From assembly GCA_020536535.1 (NCBI GenBank), contig JAHLWZ010000702.1:80772-144771 (forward strand): 64,000 nucleotides of DNA, read 5' to 3'. The translations under genes and the position numbers were made by a program. The notes under the pieces are model-generated. The model saw only the letters and a list, made by a program, of their open reading frames with translations, had not been told where the DNA came from and searched no databases. Position 1 is the stretch's first letter; every line of letters begins with the position of its first letter. Shown here in pieces: positions 34,062 to 47,398 of the stretch. Source of the stretch: Pelomyxa schiedti. Its lineage: Eukaryota > Protista > Evosea.

Positions 34062-34540
34062 AAAAAACCCAGGACAATGCTGAGATATCACGCAGGCAAT
34101 TGGTGTCAAAAACGTTGATTGTTGGGATTGGTTGTGCTTGTGCGCAAGGTAGTTTAAGTGTCTTTTTTTTATTATTATTATTTTTCTTTTTCTCGTAGTT
34201 TGTTCCGGTTAACTGATCAAGAAAAATTGGTCCTGTGCCGGTTTTTTTTTGCGAGAAGTCTGGTCGAACATGTCGCTCGAGACATGAGATGAGAAAGTTT
34301 CCCCTTTAAGGAACTCAACGACCCAATTCTGGGTTGTGCAATTCTGTTGCATGGATGTGCCATTTGTTCCATTTCCAGGTACGGGGCAACACCCGAGACC
34401 CGTGGGCCCCAGGACCCGGCATAAAAGAAATGTGTATTGTATTGCATAAGAAGGAAGGACGAAGGAATCGTGGGGGGCTTAAAGAGGCTGGATGGACTGC
34501 TTCCCAGCCCAGTGTTGATTGATTTGTGGAAATGAAAACT

Positions 34541-36836
34541 ATGGGGTGGTTGTGGGTGGTCGTCGGTCTTACGGCCGTCGTTGAGGCCGCTATAAGGGTC
34601 GACAACGCTACAAAGATGTTTGTGGACGAATACGGCAGGTTTGTGGCTTTTCTGACTCGCCTCCGTTCGAACGGTTTTTCTTTAGGCAAAGATTCTTCCA
34701 CGGAGTCAATGCCGTGTACAAGACGGATCCATACATGCCCGTCACGGACTATTTTGATCCGCAGCTGTCACTTTGTGTAAGCAGTGCTATTTTTTTCATT
34801 TTAGGCACGCAAATTGTGCTAACACGTGAGCAGGAACAGGACATGGAAGATTTGTGGAACTGGGGAATGAATGCTGTTCGGTAATTCCCTTTTTACTACA
34901 GACTCTCTACGCTCACTTTCTCAATAGCCTTGGTGTCATGTGGCCCGGTGTCGAGCCATCTAAGGGTCAATACGATACGACTTACCTCAGTTCTATGGCT
35001 AAAATTGCTAGTGATCTTTCTGCACACGGAATATACACAATAGTCGGTATGCAGCTCTTCCGACAATCGGACTTGGGTAATATTTTCCAGACTTGCACCA
35101 AGATGTCTATAGTAGGCATGAATGTGGCGAAGGTAAATGACTTTTTTTTTTTTTGAACATGAAGAACAAGAAATCACGTAAACTTTCCAATAGGCGTTCC
35201 TGATTGGGCTACGTATATTCCCGCTGATGTTGAACCATTCCCTGCTCCTTTACGCAATGTCACCCTCGACTTTGACCCCACAACAGGTTTTATTTACTCC
35301 CAATTCTATTTTCCCAACCATCCCAGGATATCCTACCATTGAAAGCTGCCTTCTGTATGATTTCTTCAAGTATTACTTCACGAAAGAAACAGGTTAGACA
35401 CTTATTCTTTTTCCCTTTATTTACGCTATCAGGTGCTGTGTTCCAGGCCCTGTATGATAATACCAATGGTATACAGACAAGGTAGAAGGTAAAAAAAAAA
35501 TGAACTTGATTTAAACATATGTAGCTGGGTCAACTTCTGGGTCGAAGTTGCAGGATACTTCAAGGATATTGACGGAGTTTTAGGCTATGAACTTATTAAT
35601 GTAGGGCTTCTTTCTTTTAGGCATAACTCTCACCTCCACATAGGAACCGGTAATAATGGCAGGTATTTATTTTTCCATTGATTTGGAATTAGTGGGCTGG
35701 TGACATCTATGGGAAGAGAGGGCTTTTCATCCCTGGGGAAGCTGATAGAGTAAATTTGGCTCCTATGTACGAAGCTGCAAATGATGCCATTCGACAAATT
35801 GATGATGTGAAAATGCTTTTCTTTGAGAAGGCTACAGTTAACGTGATTGGACCAACTGGATTAGGCTATGGTAGGACTGAGTCTTTTGGGCATCCTAATT
35901 ATCATCGAAGGTCCTGGAGGAGCTGCCTATAGTGACAGACAGGTGTACAGTTACCATAATTATTGTGGATCTGTGGATGAAGATGGGAATCCTGTTAAAG
36001 TAATGCTTTGCGACGGTAGCCTCACAACAAGTTGTAGCTATCTGATCAGCCATTCAGGGGAAGAAGATGTACAATGGCAACAAGAAATGCGAGACATTGA
36101 AAACTTGGGCTGTGGTGGTTTCATGACAGAGTATCCTTTCACTTCTAGAAGTTTCTACTCACTTCCCAGACAAGGTTTGGAGCTGTCTCTGGAAATTCTT
36201 CTATAGTCATCCGTAATCTTAACTTTTTAATGGATCTTGTACCTTCCTCCAACGTTTCTCTTAAGTTTAACACATTTCCCATAGACTGACAAATACCAGC
36301 AAAGTTGGGCGTACTGGCAATTTAAGAAATACAATGACTTTACTACAGTCAATGGCACTGACTTTATTACCTTCCAAGTTTCTGCTTACTCTAAGATCAG
36401 GTGGCGAGTCCTTTTACTCTGATGATGGCACTATTCAAACGGAGAAGGTATGATGACGGAAAGGAAGAGAGTTCCTAACCTTTACGGCAGGTGGCGGCAA
36501 TCACTCGGGCCTATCCACAAGCTATTGCGGGCACAATTAACTCATACCAGTTAGATAGAGCAACTGGAAAACTAACTGTTGACTACAACATCAACAAGGT
36601 TGCCGCAAAAAACCCTCCATACATTACTAGCCCTAACGACAATGCAGGCCATATCGCAGCCCACGGATATCTACGTAAATGTTGCTATGAACTACCCAAA
36701 AGGTGTCAAAGTATCAATGACACCCGATAACGTTGCCACCTACAGCTACAGCAACAACCACGTACACATTACTCCGTTAGCCTCCACCCCCGACGGCACC
36801 AATATTGTTGTTACCGTCACAGAGAGCCTTTTGTAA
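34541..36836 (+). CDS. secreted GH5 endoglycoceramidase-like glycoside hydrolase, highly intron-rich
   Basis: Signal peptide; FVDEYGR, FHGVNAVYK, LGVMWPGVEP, DLHQD, GYELIN|EP|WAGD, FMTE|FG, WAYWQFK, RAYPQAIAG. Confidence 0.92.
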
Positions 36837-36866
36837 ACGCGTTTGGGAACTACATAATGAAATCTT

Positions 36867-39800
36867 TTATGGGTTTGCAAGTCTTTCAATTAGTTGTTGG
36901 GCTGTGGGTCTTTCCTCTGGGGTGTGCAAAAAGCACTTGAGCATGATGTCATGAGCCCATTGTGGGCAAACGGGTACGAGTTTGTAGTTGCCGGATGTAG
37001 TTGCAAGGCCAGTTGAGGTGGAAATTGAATCAGGAGTTAGACTTGGCGAGAGGGTGGGGCTCAGCGGGGGTAGCTTGGGCGAAAGAGAGAGGGAGCGGCG
37101 GTCCGAGTGCGGGGAGAGGGGCGGGGCGGAGGGGCTTGGTGGCCGCGGGGCAGGTCCGGGTGGGAGCGGAAGCTGCAGTGGCTGTGATGTGGGAGAGCGG
37201 GGGGGTGGTGAGTGGGGTGGGGGCGGCGGTGAAGGGGTGAACCGCGTGGTGGAGGGACTGGAAGCAGAGCTCGAGGTCGAGGTGCTTTTGGCTTTGTTAC
37301 GTGGGTTGTGGGTGGTGAGCCGTGCAAAAATTGAGAGGCGTTGTTGTTTGGGTGGTGACGCTGGGGGTGTTGATTCTATAATGGCCAACTGTTTGTCAGT
37401 TGGAATTGTTGGTTGGAGTCTGGGCGACGAGGTTAATGGAGTAGGGGGGAGCGCCTTGGAGTGGGGCATAAGTGTTGGTCTGCTGTCACCGTCATTTGGA
37501 ACGACTGATTGTGAATGTGGTAGATTACTGTCGGCAGAAGGTACTATCGTTGAAGTCGGGGCCGCCGCTGTTATACTTGATGCAGCAATCAACGGTTCTA
37601 GTATAATCACATTTCGAGGCGATAGCGGGGGCAATGTTGGTGACAACTGTGGAGATGCTGGTGTAGACATGAACTTGGGGGTTCCCACAGTCTTTGTCAG
37701 ACATTCAGAGTTTTCCTCAATGACTGATTTCATTGGAGGGGAAGGACCAACAAGCCCTTCAATCAAGGCTTTTCTCACAGAATCTTGACGCAAGGAAAAT
37801 TGGGTTCGAGTGAGCCCTGTTGTGTGATCAAGACGAAGTTGTGCTTGACTGTATAGAGGATTGCCATATAAATGTGAGAAAGGCGATGTGAAAGGGTCAT
37901 TCAACTGTCGGAGGAGAATGCCTGATCACAGTTACAACAATAGCTTTTGTCTGTACGGTATACCGTAACACCAGATATCAGCTTTGGTGTCATGCTTAGC
38001 TCCTTTTAAGACTTCAGGTGCAAATGTGTCCATTTCCGGTCGGATATCTGCTGTAGTACCGCCATAAAGGAATTCTGATAGACCGAAATCCGAGATCTGC
38101 AATAGGATTAAATTTGCTGTTTAAACCCGTCTAAAGTTTACCTTGGCCCATGGGCCTGATCCCTCCATCTCCAAGCTGCATATAAATATATTCCCTCATG
38201 AAATATAAGAAGGTGTTTGCATATTGATGTTTAACTACCTGCATGCAAGTCACTGTGTACAAGAGGTGGTGACTGGTTGTGAAGGTGAGCCAATCCACAG
38301 GCTATATCCAGCATAATTTTTTTCCTTAATTCTGAGGGAAGTATGGATTCCATGAAGTCTCTCTTTTTTTGGAGATCCGTCTGGAAGTCCTGATCTTGGC
38401 TTTTAGAGGGAGTAGTTGCAGTGGTCGATGGACTGGGCTCTTCAAGAGACTCTGAAAGTTCCAAAATAAAAGAAATTAAGTTGTGCAAATCAGGCTTTTT
38501 CAAAGAGAGCTCTCTCCCGTTGCACTTCGTTACAGGATGAATAAATTCCATCACAAGCCTAATTTGTGGTTGCAAGCAGACACCGTAGAAGCGCACTAAA
38601 TTTCTATGGTGGCCAATGGTGTTCATTATACCGGCTTCGTACACGAACTCAGCTAATCCCTCCTGGGAATGTGGCTCTTTGACAGCAACCATATTTCCCC
38701 GCCATTCACCTTTCATAACTTTTCCATAGCCACCTTGAGCAAAAGCAGAATGGGCTACTACAAGATCGGCAGGGGCAATAACTGGCAAGTGTGATAAAGC
38801 AATATCGGGAGCCACGATTGCAATCGGAACCAACGAACCCGTCAGCGCTGCAGAGACTAGAGCGGGGACTAGAGCGGTGCTAGTCCGCCCAGTTGAGTGT
38901 ACTGAAGGACAGTGCAAGTTCCCGTGACCAGACTTTACAGCGGCAATGCAGTCTTCCAAAGAGAATACATGGATGGAGTCAAGATTTGTCACCTCAGAGG
39001 CAGATTGCTAAGAGTAGTGTGAGAATGAGTACTCTGTCATTATGTTCATTTTACCTTGCACAAAGAGCACTGCGATCTATGCTTGCGGGCAGCACAATAT
39101 GAGCAGGGAAAGACTTGAACAACGTCAGGCATTATACTTGGGTAGCAACTTCGAATGAAAGCCATTGCAGCGCTGATTACATTTGCAAACATCATGCACA
39201 CGTCACTTTTCAACCGTACCTCAGACCCTTCTCCATGGGTATCGGCAGAAAATACTTGAATGGACAGACAGTGTTTTTGTTGTTCGTCGGTACATTCTAT
39301 TAAGAGAGTTGCAGTTTCCACCTTAGTAGCTACGGCGGTCGAGGAAAACTGCAAAATTAAACCAGATTTCCACATGGATAACGGTAGAAGTCCAGGAATT
39401 CCCAATAGGCGGACAGTGAATCTGGAGAAAAATCCAATTGGAATAAAAGGTAACTCAAATTCTCTGCTACTCAAAGCGGCAATGGGTTTCAGTGAAGTCA
39501 TAGTGGCAGGAGAAAAAAAGGGGCACCAGGGGGTTGAGCTATCATTCAATGGGCAAAGTGATGGAAGTAGGCAAGGGATTAGAATTTTCCCTTCGGACAT
39601 GCAATGGGCAATCTCAAATAACTGCAACAATTCCAGAAGCGAGTTATGCATGTCAGAGTGAAACTTGGAGAAAACGTGCTTAAGGTTTCGCTTTTCTAAA
39701 AAGCCATTTGATAACCAGCCACTACTGCCACTGATAGTTATCACAGTTTTCATCACATCAGACAACCATTGAGGTTTAAGAACAACAATATCTGACAGAG

Positions 39801-42800
39801 CATGAGGAGCATTATCCTGAGCCAGAGTCGCTTTAGTGTCTTCAACAGATACAGCTGTAGGCGTGCTAGATCTTTTAGCAATACTACCAACTGTCATGAA
39901 TCGGAAGTGAATGATTGCACCAGAGTCAGCAAGAAAATCTGAACACCTTAACAAAGTGAACTGTAACTTACATCTGAGAGTGGGATTTACATGTTGATTT
40001 CCTGCCAGTCTACACTTTGTTCACAAACTGAAGAAATTGGAGCACTATCCAAGACTTCGGCCGTTCCAGTGCCTACCCTGGAGTTTAACGCTATCAGTAC
40101 AAATTCATTCCAATACATGGTAGGCTGGGATTTCGATTTCTTTGTGATATGGTTGTACAAGGTTTCCCAAGTTTTGGGAACTTGTACAACGGTCTTACAA
40201 CATAGTTCCTCCAAATATGATGCTACATCAGCAACACCAGTTGATGAGTATTGAGCTTCCACTGGATTGGAAGGGTTCATTGTGAGACCATCTCCAGTTT
40301 TTGTACTCAACGCAAATGACCCTGCAATAGCGGATTTCCCACGAGAACCCAACATTCGATCTTGTTTGAAGAGAGAGTTCAATCTATTGATTACATATAA
40401 TAGCGAACTGACAACTGCATCGTCACTGGCTACTTGATCCATGTGAGTTCCAACAATTACTGTGATTTGAGGGGATGATGGTGCCACAGAGTTGGCTCTG
40501 CTTCTCTGAGATGCCTTGATTTGCTTCAACCAATATATAACCCGATGCATAGAAGGGGGAACGGATTGAGGCGCGCTATGGTTCGCACTGGCGGACTCCT
40601 TTTCCAATAGTGCTAGTTCTTGAGATATAGCAGCAATGTTAAACAGAAGGAGATAGACAGAGTCAGATGTCAAGAAGAACTGATGGGAAGGGTAGAGCAC
40701 TTCCTGCCCACCTGTTTCCATTAATAAAAAAGCTACAATGCGCTCCTACACACCAAGATCCCAAGCAGTCCAGAAAAATTTGCCAGTTTTTGTCATTTTG
40801 AATTCCTTTTGAACTGCAATGCCATCTGTTGCAACATTTTTACCTCCTGTATTGACCGCCTTCCTTTTAGCAAGACATTTCAGGAGTGTAGTTTTTCCAG
40901 CTGCCTCCTCGCCTACCATTAGCAATTTTTTGTTCCACCAACACACAGGCACTCCATTGTATTTCAGAAATTGGCTCAATTTACTCCATGGTTGGTGCCT
41001 GAATGATTCTGGAATCAGAGACAAAGGGTTACCATCCAGTGTCACTTCAGGGATTTCATGCAGGCTGCTGGGTAACGTTTCCAGTAAGTTGGCAGAAACG
41101 TCAAGTGACGTACAGCCAGCGTACAAAAGGCCCTCACACAACAGGGGTGGGAATGACTTCAAAGCTAGGTTGCTGAGATCGAGAAATTTCATGACTCCAC
41201 CAGAAAAAGAAACAGCCACGTTTACAGCATCCCAGTTTCCAGCCTTAGCCCAAATCCTTGCCATAAACTCAACCAATGTTTGTGTTGTGTCGTCTTCCGA
41301 TTTTTCTCTTTCCATCAGGATGCACAATAACTCAGAGGCATGCCAGCTCTGAAATTGGTCAATGAAGACACAGCCTTTTTTCATAAGCTGTAGGGCGACA
41401 TGGAGTGTTTTACATGAAGCCATCACACTCAAAATTCGAGATGAATCATCAATCAAGGAACAGCTGCCAAGTCGAGTTGAGTTGAGCCAGTGATGTTTAT
41501 GGTTTTGAATGAGGCCAACAGCTAGAGACAGAACGTTGCAATTTCCGGTGAGAGCTGATCGCTCAACAATGTTTGCAAGAGCATTTCTACATTCCCCAGT
41601 AACACAGATCGAATCAAAGTCTATACCAGATAAAAGTTGTTGCTGTGTGACTTTGTTGTGCTCCACTGCTGAGTTGCAAGCAGAAATGGAAGATTCGGAC
41701 ATGCTATTACCTAGACGGAATGAGAAGCGATTGTATTACGGACCACTAACAAGTAAAATCTACAGAAATAAGAGTACAGTTGTCTACAATTGACGAAAGG
41801 AAATATGTTGAACTTTCGTCACTGAGAGAGTTCCCTGTTTACAAGAGGTTCACAACGAAAAAGACCAAAGGGGGGGTGAGCTGGGACACACAGCCTAAGT
41901 TCAATGTAGTTAATGTACTATTACGCCTCAGTGCAGTAGCAATTTGTTTGAATCCGGGGTCGCCAATAGAGTTACCTGGGGAAAGACTGTACCAATAACA
42001 TAGAAAAGGCATGGGTGAATGAGGGACCTCTAATATCGAGAGATGTCACAGTGTTGTTCGTCTTTAACCAGGTTCCTAGTACTTCTGCTCCTGGGTCTTC
42101 GAGGGCATTACCTATTTATTTAGTTAATTTTTTTTTTTTTTTTTTTTTTTTGCAGGTTGATGACCTCCAATGTCAAGTATACTTAAAGTTGTATTAACAT
42201 CCAGTGCTTCCAGAATGATGGATGTCCCATCGATTCCAATTTCGTTCTCTTGACGAAAGATAAGTTTACTTTCCAATTTCGGTTGGCACACCTCTCAAGT
42301 TCAGGTTTGTGAGGGAGGAATTGAATTTTAAGGCTTCGGAAAGATATTCAGCACCCTCTTCACCAATCATATTGTCTTAGTATGGTAAAATAAGACATCG
42401 ACAATATCAAGAGCAAGAGAACTTCGTAGTTGCAAATTTGTCAAAACTTTGTTTGTTTTCAGTGCCTCAGAGAGCACTTTTGTCCCAGGATTTCCCAAAT
42501 CATTCTCTGCAATGCAAATTGAGATAGAAACAGAGGAAGGTGGAGAAACTCTGTAAAAGCAAAGAGGTAATGGAAGCATTATCTCTCAAAAGATCTGCAA
42601 GGGCTTTTGCACCCACCTCCGAAATAGAATTATCTTTTCGTATTAGAGACTGAATACCGTGATTTACAAATACTTCCAAGATCAAGCAAAGTAATGGAAC
42701 TGAGCCTAAGAGCACTGGAGACAAATCTCACACCCTCATCACCAATAAAGGTTTCTTTACATAGGGAAATTTAGTGCAAGAAACGCAAGGAAAAACAAGG

Positions 42801-43041
42801 GGAAGAAAGAAAAGAAAAGACCCTAAACTTTGCATGTTCAGAGACGTGACTGATTTACATGATTTTAGAGAGTCAGCAATGAGCCTGGCACCATCTTCGC
42901 GCACACGGAGGCCTGTTTAGTTCTTTTAGTTCCATAAATACTTCACCTCTGAAGCAACCAACCCAATAATTAATGAAAATAACCTGAGAAAGACCAATCA
43001 CGGGTGTCTTTCAGTGCCACCAAGGACTTGGCGTCGAACAT
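36867..43041 (-). CDS. ROCO protein: RI-like LRRs, LRR, ROC, COR, kinase
   Basis: 5' exons NSISEVGAKALADLLRDN and NDLGNPGTKVLSEALKTN splice into the 41702 ORF; ROC GEEAAGKTTLL, WDLG|GQE; COR VLKPQWL, FIPIGFFSRF; kinase GGYGKV, VAVK, HSDLHAG|N, DFG, APE. Confidence 0.88.
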
Positions 43042-43188
43042 TTTGTGTCTGTCTTTTATTCGCTCGTTTCGTTTAAGGTGACCTTCACAAACAGAGAAAA
43101 GACAAGCAACACATCACTCAACGCGGCGCGTAATATTCAGTGATTGTGCATATCTGATGGACGAAAAATTGCGCAATTTCACAGCCAC

Positions 43189-45611
43189 ATGCGGAAACGA
43201 TCCAACACGAGACCGGTACGAACAGCCAAGGCTCCGCTACCGAAACAACCCAGGCTAGTCGCCTCTGATGCAATAAAAAGCGACACTCAGATCGACGTTA
43301 CTACCTCCTTGTGCCCGTTGCCACGTGGATCCAGTACCGACGTAAGTGCAAAGGAGACTTCTAGGCCACCTGCTAATCGCTCTGGTACTTGATTTACACT
43401 CTACCATTTGTTGAAGTTTTCAGGCGCGTCTGCCCCGGAATGCGAGGTGCAGCTGTTTGAGGACGCCTACGACGACGCCCATTGGGGCGAGCGGGAGGTC
43501 ATCGGCGATGGCGGCGTCGTGGGTGACATTGCTGAAAGCCCGTGCGTGGAAGACGTCGACGGTACACAACTCTCGGATTCTGAAGGGGAAGAAACCCCTC
43601 CAATTACAACGGACCCACTTGACAGTTGCAACGCATCACAGAGAAATAAGCTCTCTCGGGAAAAGTCAGAGGTAGTTCTTGTAAGAAATTCTCGTTACTT
43701 AATCGCACTTGTAGTCTTCAGTAGCTTCGGGCTTTCCCTCACTTGGTGAAGGAAAAAGACCCACACAAACACCTCAGCTCCCTCCCCCACCACCACCAAC
43801 TGTGGACGACAATTTTTCCTCTCTTCCACTATCAGAGCCAACACTGCGAGCAATATCAAGGGTTCTCAACTTCACCACAATGACACCAATTCAACACTCA
43901 ACCATACCCCTTGGGTTGCAGGGATACGACATTTTGGGAAAAGCACCTACTGGGAGTGGGAAAACCATTGCATATCTAGTGCCTGGTGTAGAACTACTGC
44001 ACAAAAATGCTTTCACTCAATCAAGAGGAGTTGGTGTAGTAATTTTATCACCAACCAGAGAGTTGACAATACAGATTGCATGTGTAGCCGAGCAACTTGT
44101 TACCTATCATGGCTTTACCCACACTGTTATCATTGGGGGAGCGAATGTGGACAGTGAGAGAAGTGCATTACTCCGCGGTGCAAATATCGTCGTTTCTACA
44201 GCCGGTAGACTTATAAAGAACCTGGTTTTTGGTGGTGGGGGCTTTTCCCTCGATGCTGTGCTTTATCTAGTTGTTGACGAGGCAGACCTATTGTTGGAGA
44301 TTGGACACCAGCCCCAATTGCTCGAAATTATATCGCGGCTACCACCTAAGAGGCAATCCATGCTTTTTAGTGCCACTATGTCACAACGCGTTCACGCTCT
44401 GGCGCTTTTATCTCTGAGTAATGCCGTTTTTGTTGATGTGGAACGTGACAGCGAAAATCCCACTGTTTCTACGATCGAACACCATTTCACAGTGGTGTCT
44501 ACAGCACAGCGAGTGGATATGCTAATTGCATTCCTGAAGGCAACAAGAGGGGAGCAAAAGGTCATGGTGTTCTTTTCCACATGCAATGAAGTGAGGTATA
44601 AAAACGTCCATATCCTTAGTTTCTCCTCATTTGAACTTCAGATATTTTGGCCTTGTAATAAGAAAGATGCTTGGGGATTCTTATAAGGTCATACAATTGC
44701 ACAGCAGACTCCGTCAAGACCTTCGAACTTCGCTTTTCCTCGAGTTTGCGGCCTGTGGTGTTGGAATACTCTTCACGACTGATGTTGCTGCCCGAGGTGT
44801 TGATATACCCAATGTAGATTGGATTGTGCAGTTCGATTTACCCCGAGACACCCAAGATTACATCCACCGTGTCGGCAGATGTGCCCGTGCAGGTAAGTCG
44901 GGGCACGCACTGCTTTTACTCCAACCACACGAGAAAAAAGTTGCTGATTCTATTGCAGCAATGGGAGTCCCAATTTCGCAACTCCCAGTACCTCCTAACC
45001 TCAAACCACAGTATTACGTTCTAGCTCGTATGCACACCCACCCCCATGTGAAGCAATTGGCCATACTCGCAATGCAAGACTATGTCACTGCATACAATAT
45101 TAATACACATGGTGTGAATTTCCAATACGTTGATGTCAATACTCTGGCTCGCAGTTACGGGCTGGAAGTACCACCTCCCACTGTAGTTACCATGCCACCA
45201 ACGGAGGATATTATCAAACAGTATCAGCAAGCAATGGTGGCAATGCAAGAAACTAGAAGGGTAAGGTCTGAAACACCAGAAGAGCGTGTCAAGACAGTAT
45301 TGGCACACATGAGTGCAATGGCAGAAGAATATGAGCTTAAAAAACTCAGTAATCCCAACTTCAGTGTCTTATTACTGGGTTCAAACCGGACAGCAAAGAA
45401 GAAGAGCGAAGCCACTGACGGGAGAGTGGAAAGAGATAATGTTTCCAGTTCAATATCAGCATGGACAGCCCACCCAGCAGACTTCCAAGGCTGGAAATCT
45501 GGAGAAAGAGGCAGTAGTACTCACACAACAACAAGCGCCCGTCGCATCAACACCCCCATGCCACAACCAAATCTCCCCACAACACCCTTCAAACGAAGAC
45601 AAAAGTACTAG
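43189..45611 (+). CDS. DEAD-box RNA helicase, HAS1/DDX18-like
   Basis: Q motif TPIQ, PTGSGKT, PTREL, DEAD, SAT, KVMVFFSTC, TDVAARGVD, HRVGRCAR. Confidence 0.92.
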
Positions 45612-46114
45612 CCCAGGGTTTTTTTTTTAATTCTCCCATCACTCGATGCATCGTTCCATATCGATGTAGTCTTCGGGTCTGCTACGGCCGCGCGCGAAAC
45701 TAGTTTGGAAACAACGACACTTCTCTTCGCTGGTGGGCGACAGGGTTGCCGGCCCATCACGAGTGCAGCTGCTACCACACTGGTTTTACAACCACCCCGG
45801 CTACATCCGAGGCTCCAGAGTAGTGGTCCTCCCGCCAAACGACGACGTGAGAGTGCTGGACAACCTAGTTTCGTGCCTAGTAATAAGAGCACAATTGTGG
45901 CTTCAATCTTGTATTGGCTGTGCAGGCACACTCGGCGAGCAACGGAAATGCAACAACAGCTTGCACCTTAGCATTGTCTCGCAAAGCATCCTTCAAGACA
46001 CCAAAACTAACAGCAACCCCAGAAAAGTCTGGCAGGGAAACCACCTTTAGAAAAGAATGCAACAAAACCTCCACAAAGTGTGTGGCGTAGCACGAGACGA
46101 ACAAGTTCCTGCAA

Positions 46115-47378
46115 CTAGAAAAAACTCATTGAACGGATTCCTATGAAGCCAGGAATGGATACAGAAATACAAGACTGGCCAGTCAATGCATGAACAACAG
46201 AAAACTTGTGGGGGTAGAACTGAAACAGGAAACCCGAATGAGCAATTACGGTACCTACCGGTATTGATGGACTGGTACTGATTGAATCACAGCGGAAAGT
46301 GATTGTCCTGAGTGGCTGGTTGGTATTGTGGCAATCCCAAATTTCTGCAAACTCAGTCGGTAGAATGGTGGCCAGACAGAAAAGTGACTCACTCAACTGA
46401 GAAAACTCAATTGTGCCATAGTACAAGTTTGTATTTATCTTTTCCACAAGTCCAGTTCTCTCAGAAACGATGTAGACAGACTGCACACTTTGGGAGGTTT
46501 TCACAAGAAGGCACCTCACTCCGTTTTTCCTGAGGTCAAAAATGGAGTGGATCAGACCATTCCCTGGTTTCAGATAAAACAACCAGCCTTCCCTGGGCCA
46601 ATGATTCTGCGAGGTCAAAGACAACAATCAAATTGCAAGCACCATCGGTCAGTGCTACTACGACCCCGTCGGGGGTGATTTCGCTGAGCCGTGAAACTTG
46701 GACAGCCCCATAGGTATCATCACCTTCCGTCACATAAAGCCTGAGGTCAGCACGCTCCACTCCCCCAGAATGCACATTCAACGAGCCTCCTGATGACAAG
46801 CGCGGGACCCTCGCAATGGCTACTCGCCTACCACCCTCGGGATGAGCATAGCATACAACCAGCCACTTGGAATTCACAGAACGTGGCCCCATACAAATAT
46901 CCCTCCCAACAAACAGCTGGGTGATGCTGTGCCCATCCGTGATCCCAATGTCTGTATCAGATGCATCTCTGCCCATTACGATCTTATTGGTTGTTGTTGA
47001 CACCATGCTGTGTGTGGGACCAAACCACTGCCGGCTTATACGAGGGGCAGTTGAAACTGGCCGGGTGACACCAATCAAGAGGGGTGACACACCAAACATA
47101 AACGACTTGGTGCCTATCTCCTTTAACCCGCGTGGGCCAATCACCGCAAACGCGTCCACCACGCAATTCATACTTGTGGGAACAACAAACTCCTCCCACA
47201 GCATACGAAGGAACCAAATCCACAAATGCGAAACTTCACGTCCAGTGTCCGCTAGCGACATGGGCCTTCCTCCCATAAGTGCGAAGAGGGAACACTTGGC
47301 TCCACAGCGATAGTGAGTGGCGAGGGCCAGTGAAACGATCTTCGAGGAAGCCGAACAGCAGTGCCCCTTGCCACTCAT
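46115..47378 (-). CDS. hypothetical lineage-expanded family protein, with a frameshift or short intron near 46545
   Basis: Two overlapping ORFs; N-terminal LALATHYRCGAKCSL, FGVSPLL, NSKWLVVC, EIWDCHNTNQPLR. Confidence 0.6.
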
Positions 47379-47398
47379 CAAATTGGTTTTCGGTAACA

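Noticed and set aside
41750-43041. Separate NLRC3-like LRR gene
   Set aside because: Exons splice in frame into the ROCO ORF (...ISVDFT|xNSMSESS)
45620-46104. Possible degenerate copy of the expanded family or small gene
   Set aside because: Only weak resemblance (NAKVQAVVAF), stops in all frames, no supportable model
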